NCBI RefSeq assembly: GCF_001194135.2
Contig: NC_068999.1
Span: 31,661,070 to 31,702,008 of the forward strand
Direction: 5' to 3'
From: Octopus bimaculoides
Taxonomy: Eukaryota
Length of the DNA: 40,939 nucleotides
Positions within the stretch are counted from its first letter, which is position 1, and every line of letters starts with the position of its first letter. The position numbers were made by a program, and so were the translations under genes. Shown here piece after piece: positions 1 to 13,214 of this stretch. Under the pieces are notes generated by a model that saw nothing but the letters and a program-made list of their open reading frames with translations, searched no databases and was not told the origin of the DNA.

Positions 1-40
1 ATATATATATATATATATATATACATATGTATATATACAT

Positions 41-202
41 ACGACAGGCTTCTTTCAGTTTTCGTCTACCAAATCCACTCATAAGGCTTTTGTCGACCTG
101 AAGATATAGTAGAATAGACACTTGCCAAAGGTTCCACACAGTGGGACTGAACCCGAAACCATGTTGTTGGGAAGCAAACGTCTTAACACACAGCCACGCC
201 TG
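41..202 (-). mobile_element. tRNA-derived SINE, family B, 5' half running into (TA)n
   Basis: Minus strand reads caggcgtggctgtgtgttaagacgtttgcttcccaacaacatggtttcgggttcagtcccactgtgtgg...ggatttggtagacgaaaactgaaagaagcctgtcgt(TA)n. It has a B-box-like GGTTCAGTCCC and is homologous to the copies at 14484 and 27794. Confidence 0.8.
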
Positions 203-657
203 TCAAGGAATTTTTGAGAAAATTTATTTCATGAGAAACATGGGAGAAATAATTACAATTCTAATAGCTTCACTCTCTTATAAATTTAGATACATAATCT
301 TTCACCGACTATATATAATATATATATATAAATGCTTGTATGTGAATGCGCATATATGTGTGTGCAAGTGTGTGTATGTATGTGTGAGTATATTATGTAT
401 GGGTGTGTGCAAATGCATTTATGTGTATGTGTACTCAGATTGTAATTCCCTGATAATCAAAATGAAAGTTTTACCACTTATCAATTGCAATATTAGTGAC
501 ATGAATTCATTTGGATATCGAAGTCATAAACTCAATAAATAATTTCGCTTGCTCGTTCTATCGAGGTTTTTATGAAAGACACAGGAAATGTGGGTTTGTT
601 CATTATTCATACTTTTAAATAAAATAATAAATAATCATAATATTGTTGTTATTTATT

Positions 658-822
658 GTTAGCAATGTAGAAGCATTTCGTCTGTCTTTAAGTTCTGAGT
701 TCAAATTCTACCGAGGTTGACTTTGCCTTTTATCCCTTCTGGGTCGATGAAATAAGTATCAGTTATCCACTGGTATCAATACAATCGACTTCCCCCCTCC
801 CACTAAAATTCCAGATTTTGTG
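658..822 (+). mobile_element. tRNA-derived SINE, family A (5'-eroded copy)
   Basis: gttctgagttcaaattctaccgaggttgactttgcc...gtcgatgaaataagtatcagt...aatcgact; alignable by eye to the copies at 16770, 31900 and 33816. Confidence 0.8.
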
Positions 823-943
823 TTGAACTCTTTTTCGTCCGCTACTGATATACTTCTGCGTTATTTAGCACTATAGTGTATACGAGATGTTCTCTTAAGA
901 CAATGTGGTGGCTTTCTTGCATAGTATATCCACGTTCAGTAAG

Positions 944-1048
<105 letters not shown>

Positions 1049-1799
1049 AAGAGAGAGAGGGAGAGGGGAGAGATCAAAGAAGAAATGTGGGTCAAAATAT
1101 GACACAATACAGTGGAACAAGTATATATATAGAGAAGAACAGAGCGACCCCACCCAAAAAGGAGTGAGAAGCTGCTGCCAAGATTGGATCTTCCGCGATG
1201 ATCATTTCTGCCGATCTTGTACTTTCGGAAGATATAAAACTATCATATCTTTTGGCAGTTTAACTTTAGTTATTAATAACCAATTATTGTGGTTTTCCAC
1301 TTACGTACCTGTGTGATGTAGTCGTCTCTGAGTCAGAACAATGCTCTACTTGCTCTCGTGATTATTTTATATTTCTGCGAATTTCTCACTACTAACATTA
1401 GTCGTTTCCACATGCAACATACTCATTTACCTTGCCTTTAGTTTACGTTCATTCTATTTTCTTCCATCTCTCGTTTACTGTCCTACAGATAATGGTTTTC
1501 AGCAGAAGTGTTTATATATATATATATACCCGTTAGCTTTTCATTCTTTCTTTTTATGTTATAGTTTACCGCACATACTGACGTGCATACACATTGATAT
1601 GTCTGTCTTTTTTTCTCTTTCGTCTCCCTTACTATTATTACTGTTATTTTTTTCTTACATATTTATATTGTCCTTTGAAACGCGCGTATGTATTGAATCC
1701 TATTTTGTATTAAATTTAATTTTTATTCAATATTTTTTTCTCCTCCAGTTTTCTATAATCGTTTATGGTATATTTATACCTATAACGATATTTTTCAAC

Positions 1800-1802
<3 letters not shown>

Positions 1803-1875
<73 letters not shown>

Positions 1876-1991
1876 AGAGAGATAGAGAGAGGGAGAGAGA
1901 GATAGAGAGATAAAGAGAGAGATAGGAGGACAAAGAGGGGAGAGAGAGATAGACAGAGATTGATAGATAAATATAGATATTTATAGATACA

Positions 1992-2048
<57 letters not shown>
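1803..2048. repeat. Compound (TA)n/(GA)n/(GT)n microsatellite
   Basis: Direct reading. Confidence 0.95.
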
Positions 2049-2050
<2 letters not shown>

Positions 2051-2581
2051 GCATCCAAGTGTAGTGAAAATCCTTAAAAGGCTTTAACTAAAACAAGATA
2101 AGATAATAAAATAACATACGAATCAAAAAAATGAAAGAACATGAAAGATCAACCATATCAAGCAACGTGCACACCGACGTATATAAAACAAGAGACTGAC
2201 AGAATGTTCTGTATAAGAATCTCTGTAGCCTGAAACTCGAGTCGTGAGCCATATTCCTTCTAATATTTTGCAGTGGGTTTGAGTAGAAATTTGCATTATG
2301 AGCCAAGTATGCGCGTATCCATGTTAGCAACTATCGTTTCAACTTCTTCATTTAAAAAAACTTCGAATTCATCTATGAAAACCTTGTGTGCGCACACTAT
2401 TTTCTTTCCCTGTTGTAAACCTTGTACCCGGGCCCCAGCATACAACTTGGAGAGAAACACTGACCGTCGGAAAGAAATTTATGTTAAATAAATCATATTC
2501 TCCTCAACATGTCTTAAGTACTCTCTCCCTCATTCGTTTGAAGATAGTATACTTACACAAACTGACACAGACAACGTGTGT

Positions 2582-2622
<41 letters not shown>

Positions 2623-2981
2623 TGTGTGTTACATATATGAACGCTATTATAATTTAACTTTTCAAAAAGCCTATGAGGTAAGTGGTTGAGTAATTCATGT
2701 TATGTAATCTATATAATGTTATACATCGTAAACAAATAAACAGTCACGCTATCGAAAGGTGCCTAGCTTCATTTGAACGAAAACTACGCTCTAGTCAAAT
2801 TCGTTTATTATTACTTTATCAACGCGTAACATGTACAGCAAATGTTGCTGCAGATATCGCATTTGCAGAAAACCTAATATAATTTAAGTAGTTGATATGG
2901 CGCTGTTTGCTCAATTGACTGGTTGATAGACTGAGAACATCATCCGATTTCCTCCTGAACACCCTTTTAACAAAGGACACG

Positions 2982-3320
2982 TCGACCAAAGTCTTGTGAG
3001 TGAATTTGGCAGACGGAAACTTAAAGAAGCCCGTCGTGTATGTGTCAGTGTGTGTGTTTGTGTGTGCGTGCGTGCGTGTGAGTGTCTGTGTATATGTGTG
3101 TGTGTATCTCTGTTTGTCCTTCCCCCACATTTGATAACCGGTGCTGGTGTGTTTACGTCCCAGTAACTTAGCGGTACGACAAAAAAAATCGATAGAATAT
3201 GTACCAGGCATTAAAAACAAAACAAAAGTAGTGAAGTCGATTCGTTTGACTAAAGTTCGCTTAGGTGGTGCCCCAGCATGGGCGCAATTTAATGGCTGAA
3301 ACAAGTAGAACATGAAAGAT
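2982..3320 (+). mobile_element. SINE family B, bipartite with internal (TG)n
   Basis: cgaccaaagtcttgtgagtgaatttggcagacggaaacttaaagaagcccgtcgt-(TG)n-ttgataaccggtgctggtgtgtttacgtcccagtaacttagcgg...ccagcatgggcgcaatttaatggctgaaacaag; same layout as the copies at 14484 and 27794. Confidence 0.8.
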
Positions 3321-3754
3321 AATAAAAAAAGTTAAGGCAATAAAAATTCAACAATAGTCATAGAATCTTCAACGTTAATTACGTACAAATGCTAAAAATA
3401 AAGAAAAGAACTGTTTTAACATTTCTCATATCTGTTTTCTAGAGATGCAGCGAAACTCTTAGTGGTAATGTGTAATGTATAAACCTTAAATTCAAATAAA
3501 TATATTTCACTCTCTTGCTAGATATTGAATCCCATTTTTGTTGATGCTTGTATAACGTTCGTAAAATTAAGAGTGTATATACATGGATCTGGATGCATCA
3601 ATATTTACATGTGCATGTGTATTTGTATGCGGGTGCGTTGTTGATTAAAAGCTGAATATTAGAACATCGAATGTGTGTGCGTGTATGTATAGGCAAACAC
3701 ATACGTATATATCCATATATATGTATATGTGTGTATGTGTACGTTTATATGTAT

Positions 3755-3812
<58 letters not shown>

Positions 3813-5600
3813 NNNNNNNNNNNNNNNNNNNNNNNNNNNNNNNNNNNNNNNNNNNNNNNNNNNNNNNNNNNNNNNNNNNNNNNNNNNNNNNNNNNNNNNN
3901 NNNNNNNNNNNNNNNNNNNNNNNNNNNNNNNNNNNNNNNNNNNNNNNNNNNNNNNNNNNNNNNNNNNNNNNNNNNNNNNNNNNNNNNNNNNNNNNNNNNN
4001 NNNNNNNNNNNNNNNNNNNNNNNNNNNNNNNNNNNNNNNNNNNNNNNNNNNNNNNNNNNNNNNNNNNNNNNNNNNNNNNNNNNNNNNNNNNNNNNNNNNN
4101 NNNNNNNNNNNNNNNNNNNNNNNNNNNNNNNNNNNNNNNNNNNNNNNNNNNNNNNNNNNNNNNNNNNNNNNNNNNNNNNNNNNNNNNNNNNNNNNNNNNN
4201 NNNNNNNNNNNNNNNNNNNNNNNNNNNNNNNNNNNNNNNNNNNNNNNNNNNNNNNNNNNNNNNNNNNNNNNNNNNNNNNNNNNNNNNNNNNNNNNNNNNN
4301 NNNNNNNNNNNNNNNNNNNNNNNNNNNNNNNNNNNNNNNNNNNNNNNNNNNNNNNNNNNNNNNNNNNNNNNNNNNNNNNNNNNNNNNNNNNNNNNNNNNN
4401 NNNNNNNNNNNNNNNNNNNNNNNNNNNNNNNNNNNNNNNNNNNNNNNNNNNNNNNNNNNNNNNNNNNNNNNNNNNNNNNNNNNNNNNNNNNNNNNNNNNN
4501 NNNNNNNNNNNNNNNNNNNNNNNNNNNNNNNNNNNNNNNNNNNNNNNNNNNNNNNNNNNNNNNNNNNNNNNNNNNNNNNNNNNNNNNNNNNNNNNNNNNN
4601 NNNNNNNNNNNNNNNNNNNNNNNNNNNNNNNNNNNNNNNNNNNNNNNNNNNNNNNNNNNNNNNNNNNNNNNNNNNNNNNNNNNNNNNNNNNNNNNNNNNN
4701 NNNNNNNNNNNNNNNNNNNNNNNNNNNNNNNNNNNNNNNNNNNNNNNNNNNNNNNNNNNNNNNNNNNNNNNNGACAAAAACATGATTTCATTCCACTTTA
4801 ATTTTCCTCCAGCCGTGAGTTAACAATAATAAAATAAATGGCTGCAGAATCACATCCATTTCCTTGTAAAAGTTATTCGGACGATTTTGAGAAGAGATAT
4901 TTTAAATGTTTTTCGTGCTGTGTATTTTTCATTTCATTTCAAAGTTTCAGCTCAGAGCTGCGGCCATGCTGATGCACCACCGTGTATGTATACAGAAGCA
5001 TAGGTACACGTATAGACGTAAAAGTTCACACGTTCATAGATATATTTCTTTTGCCTCTGTGAAGGATGAACTTGTTTTAGGTTGTTATTTGTATTGATAC
5101 AGTAGTTATATTTAGAATGGTGGGGACTGGGTAGATTTTGCTTCATTGTGTTATTTTCTATAGTATATTTTTGCACATACAAATACACACTCTTATGTAT
5201 ACATGCATATATATAATTTCTATACACATACACGCACACACACACATATGAGTGTGGTGTGTGTGTGTTGATTTGCTTTCTTTAGATTCGCAAATGAATG
5301 AAAATATAAAAAGATGTTGGCATTATCACATAAGTGTTATTGTGAACAGCATCCGGAGATTTTTAGAATCGCTGTGTATCTCTGGCACCCATTCGTCCAT
5401 CCACTAAATCATCCATCAGTCTATCTATCCACCCAGCCAAGCAGCCAGCCAGCCATGTATACATACGAAATACAGATGAAAACAAAGAGAGAGAGAGAAG
5501 GGGAGGGTCCAGATCTAGTGTTCGTGAAAATCTATAATTAAGGAAAAATACAGTGCAATAAAACCCCGTCCATTTGTGATGAATGAATCTAATTACCATA

Positions 5601-5927
5601 TTTAAGAAATTCAGCTGCTCACTTTTTGCACTGTTGATAAAACTGGAGCGTCATCCCCTAATGTAGTAATCATGTCAGCATGAATGTTCTAAGGGACTAA
5701 ACCCTTTTTCAACAGGTGCTTGATAACACTATGGTGCTAAATTTTGTCCATCTTAAGAGTAGTCGCAACGAGTTACTCTGGAAGTCTTTTTTGAAGAATC
5801 AGATCTTTGTCTACCTGCAAATAAACAATGCAGTTATTAATAAGAAGCGTTGAAATGAATGCATTCAAAATTTCACAGTTGTAGCATCACTCCATAATCA
5901 GCCATTGAACTTTTCAGCCTCCCTTCG
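5601..5927 (-). mobile_element. Mariner-family DNA transposon 5' fragment (TIR plus decayed N-terminal HTH)
   Basis: Minus strand begins cgaagggaggctgaaaagttc (mariner-like TIR) and encodes MDKI*HHSVIKHLLKKGLVP*NIHADMITTLGDDAPVLSTVQK*AAEF, matching the mariner N-terminal pattern IxFxxxxG...IHxxM...GxxAP...VxxWxxxF. Homologous to 13708-13990. Confidence 0.8.
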
Positions 5928-7661
5928 CTTGTCTATCTATCTATCTCTCTACAATAGGTCTCCACACTATACTACAACTCTTCCTCGCTACTATATCTAT
6001 TTACCATTTCAGTGCAGCTCTCTATCTCTCTAACCAACGAAGATTTCTCCACGTGGTTAGCTGACTGGATAGAAATGGCAGCCAGGCCGTCTTCAGATCT
6101 TGTCCTACTAACTTGGAAATGAAGGACGTATCAGTTAATTTGGGTCTGGATTTTCTGTGCCAGGGCAAAGGACGGATGTTCACAGCTGATTATACGCCGA
6201 TTCAATCGCAGCCTAGACGGGTTCTAAAGAAGAGAACAACCACAATAACAACAGCAACGACAACGATGACAACAGCAGCAACAGCAACAATAACAGCTTC
6301 CCTGCTTCCGCACTAACTGAATTATCATGAGGCTGCGATGTACCGAAAATTAATAATTTGTCAATAACTATGGACTTTGATAGTTTGTGTGACAGTGGAA
6401 GGAAAATAAGATTGCGTGATCTTGATGACTCAGGTAAATAAATGATCGATGTAGGTGAAGCAGCTTTAATTCAGAATCAAAACCAAATGACGGAGTTGTT
6501 TAACCATAAAACTACTGCCACTACACGCCAGAGAAATTGTTATTAAAAATAATGATTATTAGTTCAGACGTTTCTATAATGGTTGCATGTGAAGCGATTT
6601 GTTATATTGCTTGTCTAAACACACTCACACGCACGCACGAGATCATTAGTATTTACGAAACACTGGCACTAGATGGCACTGTTTACTTGGAATTGATTCA
6701 AAATTGCTTAAGAGAAAACACCTTCAACACTATACTAATATATTTCAGTCTCATGGGTTCTAGGAATTAAGATGGACATTTATGGTCAATTAGGTGCTTA
6801 AAAAGGTGCGTCGATTCGAATCAAACTTTTCAGTAAACAGATGCGAATACTTATTTTAAGATATCGCTGTATCATTAACTGTAAAATATTTGCATAACCA
6901 TCGGCTATAATAGCTACCTGGTATATGATTTTGCTGAAATAACATCGTCTGTTTATAGGCTTTCGTCTAAGGATCTCTATGAAGATAACATGCTGCATAT
7001 AATAAACTGGCATTTGAACAGAATGATTTCCTATTTCTTATTACATTCAGACACACAGATCTTATGTTAATATCTCCATATTTCACTTTTACGTTCAGCA
7101 ATTGTTCCTTTGATTGGGTCATTTCAAAAGTATCTTTCCAGTGATTGACGACATTTCGTACAAATGCTAACTGAGACATCGAAAGTTACTGAACTTGTAA
7201 CAAATTCTTAAAGCTTTAAACCTGACATAATACATTTGTATGATGACCAGAAAGTATCTATATGAATATGCTGTATTGGAAGATAATTCAGTCATGATCG
7301 TATGTCAAATGAAATATTATTGTTTAGCTCGTTCGATTCCCATAGCTAATAACACGTGACAACGTTTCGAATGTTTAGTAGATTATGTTCAAGAACTATA
7401 CTTGATTCGACACAGCAGTGTCATATTTATTATGCCAACATCTATAAATATGCCGCTGTATGTAAATATAATCACTTGAATTCTAGGGAACCACTCGTAA
7501 TCTAACCGTCAGAAAGAATCAACGCAATAAAAACAAATATATGTTAATTTGTCGCTGAAGACTTCTGCTCGGTGTGTTAGGCATTTTGGGGGCGGCAGAG
7601 TACACATGCGCCCCACATTTAACATTTATAGAATATACAGTATATAAACATTGACCCAGCT

Positions 7662-7783
7662 AAAATTTGGTCGTGGGTTCGATTCCCGGCGGCGCGATGT
7701 GTCCTTGAACGAGACACTTTATTTCACGTTGTTCCTGTCCACTCAGCTGGAAAAAATGAGTAGTACCTGAAATTCAAAGGGCC
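7662..7783 (+). mobile_element. tRNA-derived SINE, family C fragment
   Basis: B box GGTTCGATTCCC followed by gtgtccttgaacgagacacttt (conserved central-domain-like motif of invertebrate SINEs) and ccactcagctgg...aatgagtagtacctg. Confidence 0.7.
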
Positions 7784-9129
7784 AACTGTACACCCCCACC
7801 TCCATTGCACACACTATTTTTATCTATCCAATCAATATCTATGCAGATTAGGATAAAATCAGGAATACAAAGAAACTGGTGTTAGTCTTTATTAACGACA
7901 GCAGTTCATAAAATGGCTTTCTAGGTTTAATTGATGCAAGGAGTGAAGAATTTAATATTTTGGGAGTGAGAAAGAGAGAGAGGGGAGAGAGGAGAAGAGA
8001 TAGAGAGTGGTGTCGTGGCTTGGATTGGTGGAAAATAATTCTACATGGAGTGTTCACTCTATAGTCTACATCTATACTCAATGTTTCGCTTTCCAATCAA
8101 CATCCACGCTGGCTCTATCTAATTGATTACCATCTACACGTTGTACCCTTCTAACAGGGTGTCCATAACAGAGCGAGGTGTATCAAAGTGAAGCATGCCA
8201 AATGTTAGCTAGACAAATTAACGCAACACAGACAGTTATCAAAGCACGGAACGCATCGATGAAGGGACGTTCAATGCTGTTAGATAATCCACAACTCCAA
8301 TAATGTCCGAAAGTATCCAATGATGAATGGAACCTTAAGCATGGCGTAAAACATAATAAAAACAGACGACTGGGTTACGTAGTTTTGCTACAAATGTTTC
8401 GTAAAGATTCCTTATTATGATATAAGCATAGTACTGACAATTATACAGTGTACACATCAACAACATTACATAATACGTAGCGCAACTCTCAACCCATCAG
8501 GCTAACCAAATAGACAAGCGGGCAGAGACATGTTGATTATTCAACAGATTATTAACAAGTCAAATTTCTAATCAGAATTACCGACATTTAAGAAATGTAA
8601 AGTGGGTGAAACTACAATCTTTCAGTCGAACGAGGGTGAATAGCAGAGTGATATTGTAAATTCAGAACAATTAAAGGCATTTTTATTCCAAGGATGTCAT
8701 TAAACTTCATAACCTCGCTCATCAAGACTAGTAGAGGTAGAAAATGCTTGTATACCGGTGGATAGCTGGTGCCGAGCAGAGCAATAAGTTCCATAAGCTA
8801 TTTTTGTCTAACGACAAATACCGATGACTGTAACTTCATTTGATCGATATTTTATATAAATCGATTTAATAACTTTATTCAATTTGCTTCTAGCCCTGGG
8901 CAATATCTTCATAAAATTCAATAAATTCTTTATAAACCCTTTATAATTCTTTATAATTCCTTACTCATAATAGTTTTAGATTATCATAGTAGTGTTTTAG
9001 CTATCTACTGAATTGTTTTCGTTATTTATCAGAAATAAGGATATTTACCCGTTCTTCTAAGCTATCTTGAGTTCGAGAATTTCTTTATTTTTTCTAGAAT
9101 ACCAACTTACTCAGTGCTTCTATGTTTTT

Positions 9130-9176
<47 letters not shown>

Positions 9177-10423
9177 TATACACAGATACACACACATACA
9201 CACAAACACACGCCATCTGATCAAGCACACACCAACTGCTAAACACAAGCCTTTGCACGTGCGCGCACACGCACGCATACACACGACAGCTTCATACATA
9301 TACACACGTTCATACGCACACATATACACACTAATACACAAAACACACATCACTCCACACAATGCATACACTAGGTTACTTATACACATACACACGCACA
9401 AGTACATGAAATGCACATCACTCCACATAATGCACGCGCTAGGTTACATATACACATACACACACACAAAAGCCCAAATAATTTTCAGCTCGCCCACACA
9501 TACATACCCATGCACATGCATACCCATTCACACATACACACTCACACCCACACCATTCTCACATACACACTTGCCATTGCACACTTTAGTTTGTCCAGGG
9601 CACCAATATTATTATCTCCTTTTCATTCAGCCACTTCCTTCCGACCATATGTTGGACCGTTAACTACTAAGCATTTTTTCTCACTCCGTTTTATTTTTGT
9701 TCTCTCTTCCACCCCCACCACTCCTAATCCTTTCTGTTGAAGAGTGTAAGATCGAAACGTCAAAAATGTTCCATTCTTCCCGAGCGTTACTCTAATACAC
9801 CTATTTGTTGTTCCTTCATCTGTCTTCGTCTTTTATTTTCTGTAAATTTGAACTATGTATGTACGTATGTACGTATGTATGTATGTATATATCGAGAGAG
9901 AGAGAGAGAGAGAGATTGAATGAGAGACAGAGAGAGTGAAAGACATGCAACATGCATGTATATTATCAGAGATGTACCTACATATAAAGAAACTAGCTGA
10001 CACGTTGCCAACTCAATCCAATACGTGTAATGTGAGAGATTTGTTGCAAGTGACATGAGTTTGTGGGAATTATATTTAGGAATATCGAGAGAAAAGAAAA
10101 CATCGAAGTATAGTTGAATGATATAAAGTTGCCTCCGATGTCCGCTTGATGGGCATAGAGACATTCAGTAATATTATACATGTGTGAGTGTGTGCGTGTG
10201 TGAGAGAAAGAGAAGTGTGTGAGAGAGAGAGAAAGAAAAAGAAAGGGAGGCAAAGGGAGACAGAGACAGAGACAGAGACAGACAGACAGACAGAAACAGA
10301 GAGAGAGAGAAACAGAGCAGACACAAAAATATACACATTGTAACATGTTGTAGTCAAATAATAAATTCATTTCCTTTTGCTTTAGATAAGTGTCTACTTC
10401 TTTTTCTCTCTCACACTCTCTCT

Positions 10424-10487
<64 letters not shown>

Positions 10488-10496
10488 TTCTCTGTC

Positions 10497-10543
<47 letters not shown>

Positions 10544-10547
10544 ACCA

Positions 10548-10721
10548 CTGTCCTGGCCTCTACTTCACTGCTATACGCTTCTGTCCCTTCCTCCTTGTTC
10601 CACTTCCTCCCTCCACCATCCTCTCTATCTATTTATCTATCTGTCTTCCTCTATCTTCCTATCTACCCCTCTGTCCTGGCCTCTACTTCACTGCTATACC
10701 CTTCTGTCCCTTCCTCCTTGT
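10548..10721. repeat. Direct repeat, 51 bp, period 123 bp, running into a gap
   Basis: ctgtcctggcctctacttcactgctatac(g/c)cttctgtcccttcctccttgt at 10548-10598 and 10671-10721 (1 mismatch); probably a collapsed minisatellite. Confidence 0.85.
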
Positions 10722-11956
10722 NNNNNNNNNNNNNNNNNNNNNNNNNNNNNNNNNNNNNNNNNNNNNNNNNNNNNNNNNNNNNNNNNNNNNNNNNNNNNNN
10801 NNNNNNNNNNNNNNNNNNNNNNNNNNNNNNNNNNNNNNNNNNNNNNNNNNNNNNNNNNNNNNNNNNNNNNNNNNNNNNNNNNNNNNNNNNNNNNNNNNNN
10901 NNNNNNNNNNNNNNNNNNNNNNNNNNNNNNNNNNNNNNNNNNNNNNNNNNNNNNNNNNNNNNNNNNNNNNNNNNNNNNNNNNNNNNNNNNNNNNNNNNNN
11001 NNNNNNNNNNNNNNNNNNNNNNNNNNNNNNNNNNNNNNNNNNNNNNNNNNNNNNNNNNNNNNNNNNNNNNNNNNNNNNNNNNNNNNNNNNNNNNNNNNNN
11101 NNNNNNNNNNNNNNNNNNNNNNNNNNNNNNNNNNNNNNNNNNNNNNNNNNNNNNNNNNNNNNNNNNNNNNNNNNNNNNNNNNNNNNNNNNNNNNNNNNNN
11201 NNNNNNNNNNNNNNNNNNNNNNNNNNNNNNNNNNNNNNNNNNNNNNNNNNNNNATATATATATATATATATATGTATATACATATAAGCTTTCGCACAAA
11301 TACGCTAACTCAAACAAACCTACTCAAATGCACATACACGCGTACACACGTACATTCCTATATGTGTGTGTATGTCCGTCAGTGACATTCACTTTCATCC
11401 CACATTCGAACGCCACGCCATTTTATCGCCATAGTTCTACCACAAATTGCGTCATGTTATGCCAGGTTTCTCCAACCATGAACATATTGACAGCAATAAC
11501 TGCAATATTTCTATTGCAGAACATCATTAGAAAATAAAGATTTTCGGCGGGAAAAGTAATCGCATCCTAGTTGGACAATTGTGTATTGATTGATTGTTTG
11601 AATATAGGTAGGAATATCAAATGCAATTCTTTGAAGGTGACTGAACAATTCTCACATTACTTCTTCCTGACAGAGTTTCATGTGAGGCAAACACAAACGA
11701 CTGAGAGCGTTTGTGCGATAATTTCTGGTTAGTTCTTTCGTAAAGAAAATTAAAGAACACTAATTGATGATTAGATTGGAAATATCTATAATTAACCAAT
11801 GCTTTACTTCGTTTAGTATCTTTTGTTAAACCGTCGCAGAGTCTTTGATATTGGTTTATTCAGCGTTGATAACTATTAAAACCGTTATTTTTGCACAGAA
11901 CACTTGAAATTTGCTGACGTAATAGACTATTTAGAAATTCATCAAGAAGAATAAAG

Positions 11957-11966
11957 ACGATGACAG

Positions 11967-12047
<81 letters not shown>

Positions 12048-12118
12048 CGACGTCGACGATGATGACGATGATGACGATGATGATGATGATGACGACGTCG
12101 AAACGACAACGACAGCGA
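11957..12118. repeat. (GAT)n/(GAC)n microsatellite
   Basis: Direct reading; explains the poly-Met ORF 11960-12160. Confidence 0.95.
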
Positions 12119-12934
12119 TGGGGAAGAGGGGGAGCAGGAGGATTTAGAGGTAGTTTATGAAGAGAGTAGGCATTGTCATCATGACCATCAGCATAGAAAG
12201 TGTTTAAGAAACAAGAGTCTGCTCCTGAAGCTTGTTTTTGATTTTGCTGTCTTTGTTCAAGATGTACTTACCAGTGAAAAAAAAAGTATAACTTTATTAG
12301 AAAAATAATGTTCTCTACACTATATTCTCAATAAACAAAGCTTCGATGTGCACTCTTCACATTTTGATGTTCCGCTATTACACCATCAATAGGAAATGAA
12401 GGGAAGAGAAAGGCAGAGGCAAAGTTGTATGACAGCCTGATGATAGGAATCAGTCAACTGCACGTTTTCAGGGTAATTCTGATATACGTATGTACGATGA
12501 TAAAAATATTCAGATAGAGGGATGTTTCCCGGAATGAGCTAATTTGAGAAATAGCTTTAAAAATATTCATTTACTGATCAATGAGTTTGTGGCAATACTT
12601 TAAGTGTTGTCTCTCAGGTGAAAATCTTGTTTAACGGAAGTGATTTGTGAAATCAATCACATATTTTGACATGGGCTTCAATTATTTGTTATTGATCATA
12701 TCTGTCTTCACACACACATACACCCACAAGTACACACATAAATACACAGAGGCGAGCATACATTTATAGAAACCTACATATATGCACATATATATGTAGA
12801 GAAAGAGAGAGGTGGGGGTGAGATACAGACGTGTATGTGCACACACGTATAAGTGTGTTTATGTGTTTTGCCAACTGCAAAAAAATGTGATATAGATATT
12901 ATCTTCCTATAATGCATGGTAATAGTATCTAGAA

Positions 12935-13149
12935 TGGTGGTTCCCAGCCTGGGGTCCGCAGACCTCTGGTGGTCCGCAAATATAGTACTAGGGGTCCGTG
13001 AACTAAATTCAAAATTTCATATATATAATATATATATATATATATACATAAGGATAAGCATATTAAAAGGAATCCGTGGGAAAACTCATTTAAATAAAAG
13101 GGTTGGGAACCACTGTTTGGAACTACTGTCAAAAGGTTCGGAATCACTG
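12935..13149. mobile_element. hAT (Charlie-type) MITE with 8-bp TSD
   Basis: Left TIR tggtggttcccagcc (consensus CAGTGGTTCCCAACC) and right TIR aaaaggttcggaatcactg. Flanks are atctagaa (12927-12934) and atctagag (13150-13157): 7/8 identical, with the NTCTAGAN target core typical of Charlie-type hATs. Confidence 0.85.
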
Positions 13150-13214
13150 ATCTAGAGACACTGATCTTGAATAGAATAAGGTAAAAAAAATTACCCCAGT
13201 AAAGTTGACTGTAT

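Noticed and set aside
6967-7179. 70-aa ORF, plus similar short ORFs at 8190-8380 (-), 11617-11799 and 20920-21132, as exons of a host gene
   Set aside because: No recognisable domain and no consistent splice-phase chain could be assembled.
7662-7700. tRNA gene suggested by GGTTCGATTCCC
   Set aside because: No cloverleaf; it is a SINE B box.
12437-12443. Isolated CTGATGA motifs (also at ~16140 and ~32837)
   Set aside because: No correctly spaced GAAA/NUH or pairing helices.
12290-12540. Minus-strand frame with CEECTSKLCL resembling a piggyBac C-terminal Cys domain
   Set aside because: Interrupted by stops, with no transposase core or TTAA/CCC terminus nearby.
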